Assembly: GCA_029856145.1 (NCBI GenBank)
Contig: JAHQWK010000001.1
Coordinates: 416,001 to 480,000, forward strand
Source: Promethearchaeia archaeon
GTDB taxonomy: Archaea; Asgardarchaeota; Lokiarchaeia; Sigyniarchaeales; SOKP01
Length of the DNA: 64,000 bases
Reading direction: 5' to 3'
Shown one piece after another: positions 48,308 to 58,385 of this stretch (positions within the stretch are counted from its first letter, which is position 1; each line of letters begins with the position of its first letter). The translations under genes were made by a program, and so were the position numbers. Below the pieces are notes generated by a model, which made no database searches, was not told the DNA's origin, and worked only from the letters and a program-made list of their open reading frames with translations.

Positions 48308-48955
48308 ATGAAAATTAGGAAAAAACAATTAATTTCTATTATTCAGAACACTGAGACATTCACTAACCCTAAAATTGAATTAGAGCAGTATTCTGTAAAT
48401 GCAACTTGTGCGGTAGATATCATATATTATGCGGGTTTTGAATTCAATGACATTAAGCAAGCATTTGTAATTGATTTGGGGGCTGGAACAGGAAGACTTT
48501 CAATCGCAAGTGCACTTTTTAAGGCTAATTATGTTCTAAGTGTTGACATCGACGTGAATGCTTTAAATATTTTAAAAAGAAATATTTTTAGCCTTGAATT
48601 AAACCATATTGTATTTCCTATTTGTGCTGATATTGAGTATTTTGAAATTTCAAAAAAACTAATACCTACAAATATGAAAATCACTACAATTATGAATCCT
48701 CCATTTGGAGTACAAACTAAATTTGCGGATAGACCGTTTTTAAAAAGTGCCTTTAATTTTTCTGATATTGTATATTCTATTCATCTATTAAATCCGAAGG
48801 TCAATAAATTTATTTCAAATTATGTTAAAAGATTTAATTGGAAAATCGATAATGTATTTCCTTTTACGATGGTTCTAGAAAGAACGTATCTATTTCACAC
48901 CCAAAAAACTAAAAAGATTAATGTTCTCGTATATAGATTTATAAAAAAAGAATAA
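48308..48955 (+). CDS. METTL5-like N6-adenine methyltransferase
   Basis: F..PK..LEQY, DLGAGTG.L, VDID, MNPPFG, D..FL, YSIH, FH. Confidence 0.88.
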   Translation: MKIRKKQLISIIQNTETFTNPKIELEQYSVNATCAVDIIYYAGFEFNDIKQAFVIDLGAGTGRLSIASALFKANYVLSVDIDVNALNILKRNIFSLELNHIVFPICADIEYFEISKKLIPTNMKITTIMNPPFGVQTKFADRPFLKSAFNFSDIVYSIHLLNPKVNKFISNYVKRFNWKIDNVFPFTMVLERTYLFHTQKTKKINVLVYRFIKKE

Positions 48956-48975
48956 AAGGAATTGAAAAGTTAAGT

Positions 48976-50280
48976 TTATATAAAATTTTTCCAAGAATCT
49001 AAATATTTGGGATATTTTGCATTTTCTCCTAACATTTCTTCTATCCTTAGTAATTGATTGAACTTGCAGGTTCGATCTGATCTACATGTGGCACCTGTCT
49101 TTAATTGGCCCGTACAGAGTCCAACAGCTAAATCTGCAATGAACGTGTCTTCTGTTTCGCCGGAACGATGAGAAACCATAACATTAAATCCATTATCAAA
49201 AGACATTTTTGCTGCCTTTATAGCTTCAGTTAAAGAACCTATTTGGTTCACTTTAAGTAATAAAGCGTTTCCCGCTTTTTCTTTTACCGCTTTCTCTAGA
49301 ATATTAATATTGGTAACAGTTATATCATCATCAACAATTTGAATAGATTTATCAACTTTTGCGGTTATATTTGAGAAATTCCTAAAATCTTCTTCGTTAA
49401 ACGGATCCTCAATAGATTTGAATGGGTATTCATGGATTAAATCCATATAGTATTCCAATAATTCTTCTTCAGATAGCTTCCTACCATCAATATTATAAGA
49501 ACCATCTTCGAAAAATTCACTAGCAGCAGCATCCATCCCCAGTACAAAATCTATTCCCATGAGAAATCCTGCTGTTTCAATTGCTTCAATAATTATTTCC
49601 ACCGCTTCAGAAGTTAAATTCAAATTCGGAGCAAATCCTCCTTCATCGCCAACATTAATCGAGGAAGGACCATATTTCTTTTTCAACAATTTCTTTAATG
49701 TTTGATATACTTCAGCAACATTTTGAATTGCTTGAGAAAAAGATTCAGCGCCTACCGGTAAAACCATAAATTCTTGAATTGATAAATTATTACCCGCGTG
49801 TTCACCTCCATTTATGATGTTGCAACACGGAAGGGGAAGTAAATAATCATTTCTAGTTTTATTATATGCTAAATTATAAAGATATTCAAATAAGGGTACT
49901 TCAGATAATTGAGATGCTAATCTAGCTATTGCTAATGAAACCGATAATATCGCATTAGCACCTAAGTTTCTCTTATTTTCTGTACCATCTATAGAGATCA
50001 TTTCTTCATCTATTTTCCCTTGTTCTCTAACATCAAATCCTATCAATTTTTTACCTAAAATTTCATTTACGTTAGTAACAGCCTTTAACACGTGCTTTCC
50101 CATGAATTCCTTTCCCCCGTCTCGCAATTCCAATGCTTCTAACACTCCTGTTGATGCTCCTGAGGGAACAGCAGCTCTTGAATAATATTTTCCAGCAAAA
50201 ACATCAGACTCAATAGTTGGATTTCCCCGAGAATCTAAAATCCATCTAGATTTAATTTTGGTAATTTTAAAATCAGTCAT
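48976..50280 (-). CDS. eno: Enolase
   Basis: LDSRGNPT, VPSGASTG..EA.ELRD, GDEGGFAP, LLKVNQIG, SHRSGETED. Confidence 0.98.
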   Translation of the reverse strand: MTDFKITKIKSRWILDSRGNPTIESDVFAGKYYSRAAVPSGASTGVLEALELRDGGKEFMGKHVLKAVTNVNEILGKKLIGFDVREQGKIDEEMISIDGTENKRNLGANAILSVSLAIARLASQLSEVPLFEYLYNLAYNKTRNDYLLPLPCCNIINGGEHAGNNLSIQEFMVLPVGAESFSQAIQNVAEVYQTLKKLLKKKYGPSSINVGDEGGFAPNLNLTSEAVEIIIEAIETAGFLMGIDFVLGMDAAASEFFEDGSYNIDGRKLSEEELLEYYMDLIHEYPFKSIEDPFNEEDFRNFSNITAKVDKSIQIVDDDITVTNINILEKAVKEKAGNALLLKVNQIGSLTEAIKAAKMSFDNGFNVMVSHRSGETEDTFIADLAVGLCTGQLKTGATCRSDRTCKFNQLLRIEEMLGENAKYPKYLDSWKNFI

Positions 50281-50381
50281 ACATATCTTATTGTTTTTTT
50301 ATGGATATGAATATTAATAAAGAATTAAGAAAATTTAATTCTTAACATAATAATAAAAAATTTAAATCATATCTAAATAGC

Positions 50382-51353
50382 ATGTCTTTTGAGAATAAGC
50401 CTTGGGTTGAGAAATATCGACCAAGAGTACTGGATGAAATTGTAAACCAGAAGGGAATAATAAGACGTTTAAAGCAATTTGTAAAAGACTTTTCAATGCC
50501 TCATCTCATTTTTGCAGGACCAGCTGGAACAGGGAAAACAACTTCGGCGTTAGCAATGGTAAGAGAATTGTATGGAAGAAAAATGGCTGTTAATAAAACT
50601 TATTTAGAATTAAATGCAAGTGATGCTCGCGGTATTGATGTTATAAGAACTTTTATTAAAGATTTTGCACGAGCACGTCCTCCTGCTGATATCGCCTTTA
50701 AAGTGCTAATTCTTGACGAAGCTGATAATATGACGTCTCCTGCCCTGCAAGCTTTAAGGAGAACAATGGAAAAATATACAAAAAATTGTCGGATGATTTT
50801 AATATGCAATTATTCTAATAAAATAATACCTCCAATTCAATCAAGATGTGTAGTGTTTAGATTTGCTTCTTTAAATAATGATGACATAAAACTTAGAGTA
50901 AAATATGTAGCGAAACAAGAAAATATAAGCTTGACTCCTGGTGGTTTAAATGCGATTGTTGATGTTTCTCGGGGTGATTGTCGAAGAGCAATAAATTATT
51001 TACAATCTTGTGGCACAATATCTAAAAATATTGATCAAGAGATTGTACTTCGCGTTGCTGGAGAAGTTCCTCCTGAAAAAATAAAAGAAATTTTGAATAC
51101 GGCATTAGAAGGTCAATTACAATTATCTATAAAGCTCCTGAACGATTTAATTAAAGAGTATGGACTTTCTGGACAAAATATCATAAAAAATATATATAAA
51201 GAAATTTATGATTTGAAAGTTCGAGAAGATATGAAAATTGAATTAGTAAAATTATTAGCTGAATTTGAATATCGTTTAAGTCAAGGGGGAACAGAGGAAA
51301 TTCAGCTTCAAGCATTATTAGCTAAAATCGTCTTGTTGCAAAGCTCTGAATAA
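50382..51353 (+). CDS. rfcS: Replication factor C small subunit
   Basis: PWVEKYRP, GPAGTGKTT, ELNASD.RGID, LDEAD, ALRRTME, IQSRC, GD.R.A.N.LQ. Confidence 0.97.
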   Translation: MSFENKPWVEKYRPRVLDEIVNQKGIIRRLKQFVKDFSMPHLIFAGPAGTGKTTSALAMVRELYGRKMAVNKTYLELNASDARGIDVIRTFIKDFARARPPADIAFKVLILDEADNMTSPALQALRRTMEKYTKNCRMILICNYSNKIIPPIQSRCVVFRFASLNNDDIKLRVKYVAKQENISLTPGGLNAIVDVSRGDCRRAINYLQSCGTISKNIDQEIVLRVAGEVPPEKIKEILNTALEGQLQLSIKLLNDLIKEYGLSGQNIIKNIYKEIYDLKVREDMKIELVKLLAEFEYRLSQGGTEEIQLQALLAKIVLLQSSE

Positions 51354-52166
51354 ATGATATTTCAGATTGTAATCTAACGTTCTCTTACTGAAATATTTAT
51401 CCATCCTTTCTTTAGATTTTGGGTCTATAATAAAATTAATTTTCTCATCAAATTTTATATCCCATAAAATTAATCCTTCCGGATCTGTTGGTTGATAAGA
51501 AATTTCTTTTGAAGTATCAAATAAATTTACAAAATCCTCATATAATATCTTACCTGTTCCTAATTCTATAATTTTTTTAACCATTCTTCTCACTTGTTGT
51601 CTTAGAAATGCTCTACTTTTAAATTGAAGAATTATATAATCATTTTGTATTGATAATGTTACCGAATCCATATCTCTTATAGTATTTATTTTATCACCTT
51701 CTTTTTTTGAAAAATTAGCAAAATCGTGATTTCCTTCTAATTCTTTGCAAGCTTTTTTGATTAAGCGTATATTTATTCCTGAAAATTTTTCAAAGTACGA
51801 AATTGGAAAAGGTACTATATAAACATAATGTCGTAAAACAGCATCACGCCTAGAAGAAAAATCCAATGGCACTTCTGAATAAGCCCAAAAACCTATTTCT
51901 TTAGGTAATACACTATTTATCTCCATAAGAATTGGATTTTTTTGTGTTATACATGTAAAACACGCTCCTCTCGCAGAAACATATCTATCTGTTCTGCTTG
52001 CGAACTCAAACTGTGATTTATCAATATCTTGAATATAACCTCTGCTTTTTAAAGCTTTTATTACACAATCTTCAATTGTCATAAATCTAGGTTGTCTTTG
52101 AGATCCATGATATTCATCTATTCCAATGTAATAGATTTTGAAAAGAATTTTAGAGTTTAACATCAC
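51318..52166 (-). CDS. truA: tRNA pseudouridine(38-40) synthase TruA
   Basis: GSQRQP, ASRTD..VSA, R.Y.Y, G.HDF.NFS, FL.QQVRRM, GLILWD. 3' end overlaps rfcS by 36 bp. Confidence 0.92.
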   Translation of the reverse strand: MMLNSKILFKIYYIGIDEYHGSQRQPRFMTIEDCVIKALKSRGYIQDIDKSQFEFASRTDRYVSARGACFTCITQKNPILMEINSVLPKEIGFWAYSEVPLDFSSRRDAVLRHYVYIVPFPISYFEKFSGINIRLIKKACKELEGNHDFANFSKKEGDKINTIRDMDSVTLSIQNDYIILQFKSRAFLRQQVRRMVKKIIELGTGKILYEDFVNLFDTSKEISYQPTDPEGLILWDIKFDEKINFIIDPKSKERMDKYFSKRTLDYNLKYHLFRALQQDDFS

Positions 52167-52309
52167 TTATAATATTCTTCTATATTTATCGCATTTTGAT
52201 TCTTACAAAATGTTGGAATAAATAAATAAATTTTAATTTTAAGGATTTTTTTTATATTCAAAATTTAATTATGGTTATTAATTAGTAATATTCTATTTTA
52301 TGATAAATT

Positions 52310-55300
52310 ATGGTTAAAATCGCCGCTTCATTAAGAAATTTCCGTGATCGTATTAAAACATCGATATCGTTGAAAACACGGAACGTTTTATTCTTTTTGG
52401 CAATATTCTTAGTTGTATTTCTAGCCATCGTTATTAGATTAAGCCCCCTTATAAGAGATATTACTTTAATTAAAGGATTTGACCCTTGGATCCAGTGGTA
52501 TAACGCTGAATATTTAGATACTCATACGCTATATGAATATTTCAATTGGAGAGACTTTAAAAGCTGGTATCCAGAGGGATATTTTAGAGGTGGTTTACGA
52601 CCAGGACTAACATTTACTGTAGTCGTTATTCATAAGATTTTAAACTTTTTTGGATTACCAATTTCGTTATATGATATATGTTTCTACTTTCCTGCATTTA
52701 TGGGAGGTATAACTGTATTAACAATTTATTTTTTAGGTAAAGAAATACTTAATAAGTCAACTGGCTTATTTGCAGCATTTTTCTTAGCTTTTAATCCAGG
52801 ATACTTACAACGAACCACAGCAGGATTTTTTGATAATGAAACAATTGGTGTTTTTGCTACCTTAATGATATTCTTGTTTTTTTTAAAAGCTATAAGAACA
52901 GGAAAATTTTCACATTCGGTTATTGGTGGTATCTTTTTAGGTTATTTATCCTTAAGTTGGGGGGGATATCAATTTGTTTATTTAGTAATTCCTATAATTG
53001 CCATTATCTTAATTTTCTCAAATAAATATAATGAAAATGTTTTGATGTCTTATGCGGGAGTTCAAGGAACTGGTCTATTGATTTTTTCTTTGTATTCAAA
53101 ATTTAACCACCAAAATTTATTCTCAAATTTAGATATAGGAGGTATTTTTTTCTTTACGATCATTTTAGTTTTTTTTCATCTTATTCACACCAAAAAGAAT
53201 GAGCATCCCAATTTCTATTATCGATTAGTAAATACAATAAAATGGGGGCTTATACCTGTTATTCTTGTACTTGCCGTAATAATTTGGGTTGCTCCTGCAA
53301 TTTTACCTTTTGGATTTGGCTCACGATTTTGGACAATTCTTAATCCTCTGTTCCGTGAAGGAGTAAGTCTTGTTGCTTCAGTAGCAGAGCAAATGCCTAG
53401 TGCGTGGAGTGTATTTTATTATAACACATTAATTCCGTTGGTTCTTATACCATTAGGCATATATTTCTGCTTTAAAAGATTAAATGCAGCAGATATTTTT
53501 GTAATTGCATTTATTATATTAATGTATTATTTTACGGGAAGTATGATTCGTATAATTTTAATTTTTGCGCCAGCAGCAGCATTGGCGGGAGCATATGGCT
53601 TAGCTAGTATATTAAAAATTTTTGGCAGTTTCGTTGGAGAAAGAAAAGTTGGTGTAAGCAGGAAAAGGAGAAGACAATTAAAAGGAACTTTAGGAAGCTC
53701 TGAAGTGTTAGTTGTCTATCTTCTGGTGGGGGTTTTGTTGTATGCTCAAGTTTCTCATACTACTTTTATAGCAGTCAACCAAATGTCATATGTTCAAATT
53801 GTTCCTGGAGGTATTCTTCACGATTGGGAAGAATCTTTAACATGGATGAGAGATAATTTGAAAGGAACAGATGTAGTGGTTTCATGGTGGGATTATGGTT
53901 ATTGGCTTACTCCTATAGGTAATGTGACCACTGTGAACGATAATGCTACGAAGAATCAAACTAGAATTGGTTTGACAGGAATGGCGTTAATGCAAAATGA
54001 TGAACTTTATAGCGTTAAAGCATTACGTCGGCTGGGTGCCGATTATGTATTAGTTTACTGGGGCTTTCTATTAACAGGATTGGGCGGGGACGAGGGCAAG
54101 TGGACGTGGATGGTACAGATCTGTAATGATAATTATGAAAGATATAAAAAATTAGGATGGGAAGAAGATAATTGGGCAGAAAATGCGGTCTTTGATATGG
54201 GCAATTATGTAAATGAAAGCACAGGAGCAGTGGAAGATGGGTGGTTTGAAAGTCAATTAATTAAGCTTTTGTTTATGGCTGAACCTACCTCCTCTGATGA
54301 TGTTCAGAACGATCTTCAACGAAATTATTACGATGCAATAACTAATCGACGAGATGATGATGGTGATCCATGGATATCTCATATCCCTGATGGAGGGTTT
54401 TATGATTCTAAGATATTTATTCCCTCATATTTTTCTCTAGCCCATTTAGTAAAGCTGTATAAGGTTGATTATACAATATTAGATTCCCATTTTGCTATTC
54501 GAAGCCCAAGAGTTACAGATAGTGGATATGCTACATTTAAACTAAAAAATACAGGTACAAAAGAATTACTCATTACGCAAGTAGAAATTAATGGATCAAA
54601 ATTTGATTTTTTCATGGCAGATGATCAAATTGAAGAGGGTTCTGAACAATTAGTTTGGGTTAACACAACAAGTGCAAATTTTCAACTAGACGATGTAGTT
54701 ACAATAAACGTGACTGCTCAATCAGAAGCAGAATTCCAGAGAAAGTATATTTTTTCCAATGCAACAAGTAATTTCTTCGTTAGAGAAGCACAAGATGGAG
54801 AAATTAAAATTGTTAAGGAAAATAGTATAGTTATTCAAAAAGATTCTTCTACTGTTGATTTATACCTTGAAGTGGAAAATACAGGGGACTCAATTGTTGT
54901 TTTAGATAGGTTTTATGTTAATAATGATATAATGGAAAATAGGATTGACCAAGAGAAAATCACTTATTCAAGTGGTTCCTCGGTCCTTGAACCCATGGAT
55001 AAAGCTTCTATTCTGATACAAGATGCTGATATAAGTTTCTTCCCTATCAAAGAATATAATAAGATCGGGGTAGCGACTCCAAACAATATATATGACGAAA
55101 TATTGTTCACATCAAATGTAGAAAACTATTCGCTTTCAATTTTGGGTGAGGATCGGATTGCATCTCCTGAAGAATTGGCCATCTTTGACACAAATTTTAG
55201 GAAACACATTCCAATTGATTTTAATAATTCTTTTGCACATTCATATGATAATGGGACCATCATCTTAAATATAAGGATAAAGAACACAGGAGACATCATA

Positions 55301-56188
55301 TTTGGGTTGGATCAAGTTTATTTGACAGAATCTCTAATCGAAGCTGATTTTGATATAAAACCAAAAAATGAAACTTTAAACCCAAAAAGCAATGAGGAAC
55401 GTTTAATAATAATAGAAATAGACACGGAGGATCCCGCTGACGCAAAATATGGACTTACTGGAGATATTAATGAAGAAATATTGGTGTGCATAACTGGAGG
55501 TTTTGCAGAATTAGAAACTGTTGCATCGGATATTGGATATATACATACTATTAAAAATGAACCAGATATTAAAATAATAAAAGAGGTTCAGGGCGTTGCG
55601 TCATCTATTATTCATGCAAATGAAACAGGAGAACTCTTAATTAAGAATACGGGAAATGAACTAGTAACTCTTGACAATATTTATGTTAATAATACCTTAG
55701 TAACTAATACTGAATATACTTATGGTGATTCTTCATTAGAGATGCAAGAATGTGCGATTGTTACATTTGATATTCCTGGGTTAAAGATAAATAAGTCAGA
55801 TGAATGCTTTATAAATGTTACAACAACTTCCTTAGTAGAGGCAAATGAAACTCTCAATGCTTTTGTAGATTCTGGTTATTACAATATTGAAATCGATGAT
55901 GTTGGAACCTCAGCAATTGATTCAGGAATAGTAACAATTTTGATAAATAATAATGGATTGTTAAATGTTACACTTGATTCAGTTTACATAAATAATACCT
56001 ACTTTTCTATAAATGCCTTCACTTCTGATAATGGTTATGAAATTGGAGCAGGTGATTCATTAGAATTAACAATAGATATGGCTACAATCGAATCAAAATT
56101 TGGAATTATTAATGTTGATGATATTTTAGAGATTTTGGTCCGCACTTTAGAAGGAGCCGAGGATATTCACGAAGAAATTGTAAAATAA
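52310..56188 (+). CDS. aglB: Oligosaccharyltransferase AglB/STT3 with long C-terminal repeat extension
   Basis: FDPW, SWYP.G, G.FDNE, SWGGY, SVAEQ.P, WWDYGY, DNAT, DEGK..WM; about 570 extra C-terminal residues. Confidence 0.93.
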   Translation: MVKIAASLRNFRDRIKTSISLKTRNVLFFLAIFLVVFLAIVIRLSPLIRDITLIKGFDPWIQWYNAEYLDTHTLYEYFNWRDFKSWYPEGYFRGGLRPGLTFTVVVIHKILNFFGLPISLYDICFYFPAFMGGITVLTIYFLGKEILNKSTGLFAAFFLAFNPGYLQRTTAGFFDNETIGVFATLMIFLFFLKAIRTGKFSHSVIGGIFLGYLSLSWGGYQFVYLVIPIIAIILIFSNKYNENVLMSYAGVQGTGLLIFSLYSKFNHQNLFSNLDIGGIFFFTIILVFFHLIHTKKNEHPNFYYRLVNTIKWGLIPVILVLAVIIWVAPAILPFGFGSRFWTILNPLFREGVSLVASVAEQMPSAWSVFYYNTLIPLVLIPLGIYFCFKRLNAADIFVIAFIILMYYFTGSMIRIILIFAPAAALAGAYGLASILKIFGSFVGERKVGVSRKRRRQLKGTLGSSEVLVVYLLVGVLLYAQVSHTTFIAVNQMSYVQIVPGGILHDWEESLTWMRDNLKGTDVVVSWWDYGYWLTPIGNVTTVNDNATKNQTRIGLTGMALMQNDELYSVKALRRLGADYVLVYWGFLLTGLGGDEGKWTWMVQICNDNYERYKKLGWEEDNWAENAVFDMGNYVNESTGAVEDGWFESQLIKLLFMAEPTSSDDVQNDLQRNYYDAITNRRDDDGDPWISHIPDGGFYDSKIFIPSYFSLAHLVKLYKVDYTILDSHFAIRSPRVTDSGYATFKLKNTGTKELLITQVEINGSKFDFFMADDQIEEGSEQLVWVNTTSANFQLDDVVTINVTAQSEAEFQRKYIFSNATSNFFVREAQDGEIKIVKENSIVIQKDSSTVDLYLEVENTGDSIVVLDRFYVNNDIMENRIDQEKITYSSGSSVLEPMDKASILIQDADISFFPIKEYNKIGVATPNNIYDEILFTSNVENYSLSILGEDRIASPEELAIFDTNFRKHIPIDFNNSFAHSYDNGTIILNIRIKNTGDIIFGLDQVYLTESLIEADFDIKPKNETLNPKSNEERLIIIEIDTEDPADAKYGLTGDINEEILVCITGGFAELETVASDIGYIHTIKNEPDIKIIKEVQGVASSIIHANETGELLIKNTGNELVTLDNIYVNNTLVTNTEYTYGDSSLEMQECAIVTFDIPGLKINKSDECFINVTTTSLVEANETLNAFVDSGYYNIEIDDVGTSAIDSGIVTILINNNGLLNVTLDSVYINNTYFSINAFTSDNGYEIGAGDSLELTIDMATIESKFGIINVDDILEILVRTLEGAEDIHEEIVK

Positions 56189-56331
56189 ACAATATTAAAT
56201 ACAAAACTTTTTTTTCATTATCTAACTTTAGTAAAAATCATAAGATAATGTTTCATTAGAATACCTATAGACTTATCTTGTATATAATGACTTAAATTTA
56301 TTTATAATATTATATAAAAATAATTTGTTTA

Positions 56332-58344
56332 ATGTACATGAACGTTAGCTTTAAATTACAGACTGGTTACGAACCTGCTGGAGATCAACCTTTAGCTATC
56401 TCCACGCTTGCTAATAATATTAAAGATGGGAAACAATATAATACTCTATTAGGGGCGACAGGCACTGGAAAAACTTTTTCAATAGCAAATATAATTCAAG
56501 AAATTCAGAAACCAACTTTAGTAATGGCACCAAATAAAACATTAGCCGCTCAGTTATATAATGAATTAAAGGAGCTATTTCCTCATAATGCAGTTCATTA
56601 TTTCGTGTCTTATTACGATTATTACCAGCCAGAGGCATATATGCCAATTTCTGGGTTATATATAGAAAAAGATTTTAGTGTTAATGAAGAAATTGAACGA
56701 TTACGACTTGCAGCGGCTCATGCTGTAAGAACTCGGAGAGATGTAATTGTAGTTGCCACAGTGTCCTGTATCTATGGACTAGGTAATCCAATTTTGTGGG
56801 AAAAAATAGCTCTCTCACTCGAAGTAGGCACGCACATAGAACGTTCTGAGATTTTGAAGAAACTTATAAAAATGAATTATGAGCGAAATGATATTGAATT
56901 TAAACCAGGAATTGTACGAGTAAAAGGAGATATTATCGATATTTACCCCGCTTATCTAACTAATGCTGTAAGAATTTCTTTATTTGGCGACGAAATTGAA
57001 TCCATAACAGAAATTCATCCAATATCTAATAATCCAACAAACAAAGTACCAAATTATAGAGTATTCCCTGCAACGCATTTTATAATTCCCGATGAAAATA
57101 AAGTAAGAGCTCTTGAGTTAATAAGAGATGAACTGGAAGAACGTATCAAATTTTTTAAAAATCAGAAAAAGTATGCTGAAGCCCAATGGATTGAGAGGAG
57201 AGTTAAATTTGATTTAGAAATGATGAAAGAGATGGGGTGGTGTAAAGGTGTAGAGAATTATTCAAGACATTTGGATGGTAGGCCTTCAGGTACCCCCCCT
57301 ATGACTTTAGTAGATTATTTTCCAAATGAATTTTTGATAGTTGTTGATGAATCTCATATAACAATACCACAAATCCATGGAATGATCGGTGGAGATCGTT
57401 CTCGTAAAAAAAATCTTATAGATTTTGGATGGCGTTTGCCTAGTGCCTATGATAATAGACCTCTTACATTTGAAGAATGGGAAAACAAAATAAATAACAT
57501 AATTTTTATGAGTGCTACACCAGGAAATTATGAGTTAGAAAAAAGCGGTGGAGTTTCTGCTGAGCAAATAATTCGACCAACGGGTCTTGTTGATCCAATG
57601 GTAGAAATAAGACCAGCTAAGAATCAAATAGACGATCTATTAGGCGAGATTAGAAAAACCATTAATAACGGTGGTAGAACTCTTATAACTACTCTTACAA
57701 AGAGAATGTCTGAAGATATTGCTGAGTATTATAATGAATTAGGATTGAAAATAACTTATTTGCATTCGGAAGTTGATACAATTGAAAGATTTGAAATCTT
57801 ACGCCAGTTGAGAGACGGGACTTTTGATGTTTTAGTAGGTATTAATCTTTTAAGGGAAGGTTTAGATCTGCCTGAAGTTCAATTAGTTGCGATTTTAGAT
57901 GCGGATAAACTTGGATTTTTAAGAGATACTCGATCATTAATTCAAACTATTGGTAGAGCTTCTAGAAATGTTGATGGAAAAGCAATATTATATGCAGATA
58001 GGATGTCACCATCAATGAAAGCAGCGATAGATGAGACAAATAGGAGAAGAAATAAACAAATTAATTATAATGAAGAGAATAATATTACTCCTCAAACAAT
58101 TAAGAAAAATATCTTACAATCTCTTTCAGAAGAACAGGAATTTAAAGGCAGGGAAGTTAAAAAATTAAAACAAACTGTTAAAGATAAAATAAAGCAATTA
58201 GAAGCAGAAGGAGATCTAGATATTGTAATTCAATATTTAGAGGATAAAATGTTCATGGCAGCGAAAGAACTTAGATTTGAAGATGCTGCTTATTTAAGGG
58301 ATAAAATCAAGGACATAAAGGAAACAAACAAAATAAAAGCGTGA
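56332..58344 (+). CDS. uvrB: Excinuclease ABC subunit B
   Basis: P.GDQP.AI, GATGTGKT, FVSYYDYYQPEAY, DESH, GINLLREGLDLPEV, QTIGRA.RN, C-terminal UVR domain FEDAA..RD. Confidence 0.98.
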   Translation: MYMNVSFKLQTGYEPAGDQPLAISTLANNIKDGKQYNTLLGATGTGKTFSIANIIQEIQKPTLVMAPNKTLAAQLYNELKELFPHNAVHYFVSYYDYYQPEAYMPISGLYIEKDFSVNEEIERLRLAAAHAVRTRRDVIVVATVSCIYGLGNPILWEKIALSLEVGTHIERSEILKKLIKMNYERNDIEFKPGIVRVKGDIIDIYPAYLTNAVRISLFGDEIESITEIHPISNNPTNKVPNYRVFPATHFIIPDENKVRALELIRDELEERIKFFKNQKKYAEAQWIERRVKFDLEMMKEMGWCKGVENYSRHLDGRPSGTPPMTLVDYFPNEFLIVVDESHITIPQIHGMIGGDRSRKKNLIDFGWRLPSAYDNRPLTFEEWENKINNIIFMSATPGNYELEKSGGVSAEQIIRPTGLVDPMVEIRPAKNQIDDLLGEIRKTINNGGRTLITTLTKRMSEDIAEYYNELGLKITYLHSEVDTIERFEILRQLRDGTFDVLVGINLLREGLDLPEVQLVAILDADKLGFLRDTRSLIQTIGRASRNVDGKAILYADRMSPSMKAAIDETNRRRNKQINYNEENNITPQTIKKNILQSLSEEQEFKGREVKKLKQTVKDKIKQLEAEGDLDIVIQYLEDKMFMAAKELRFEDAAYLRDKIKDIKETNKIKA

Positions 58345-58385
58345 AATTTTTCTAATACCTTTAATTGAAAAAGATAGAATATAGA

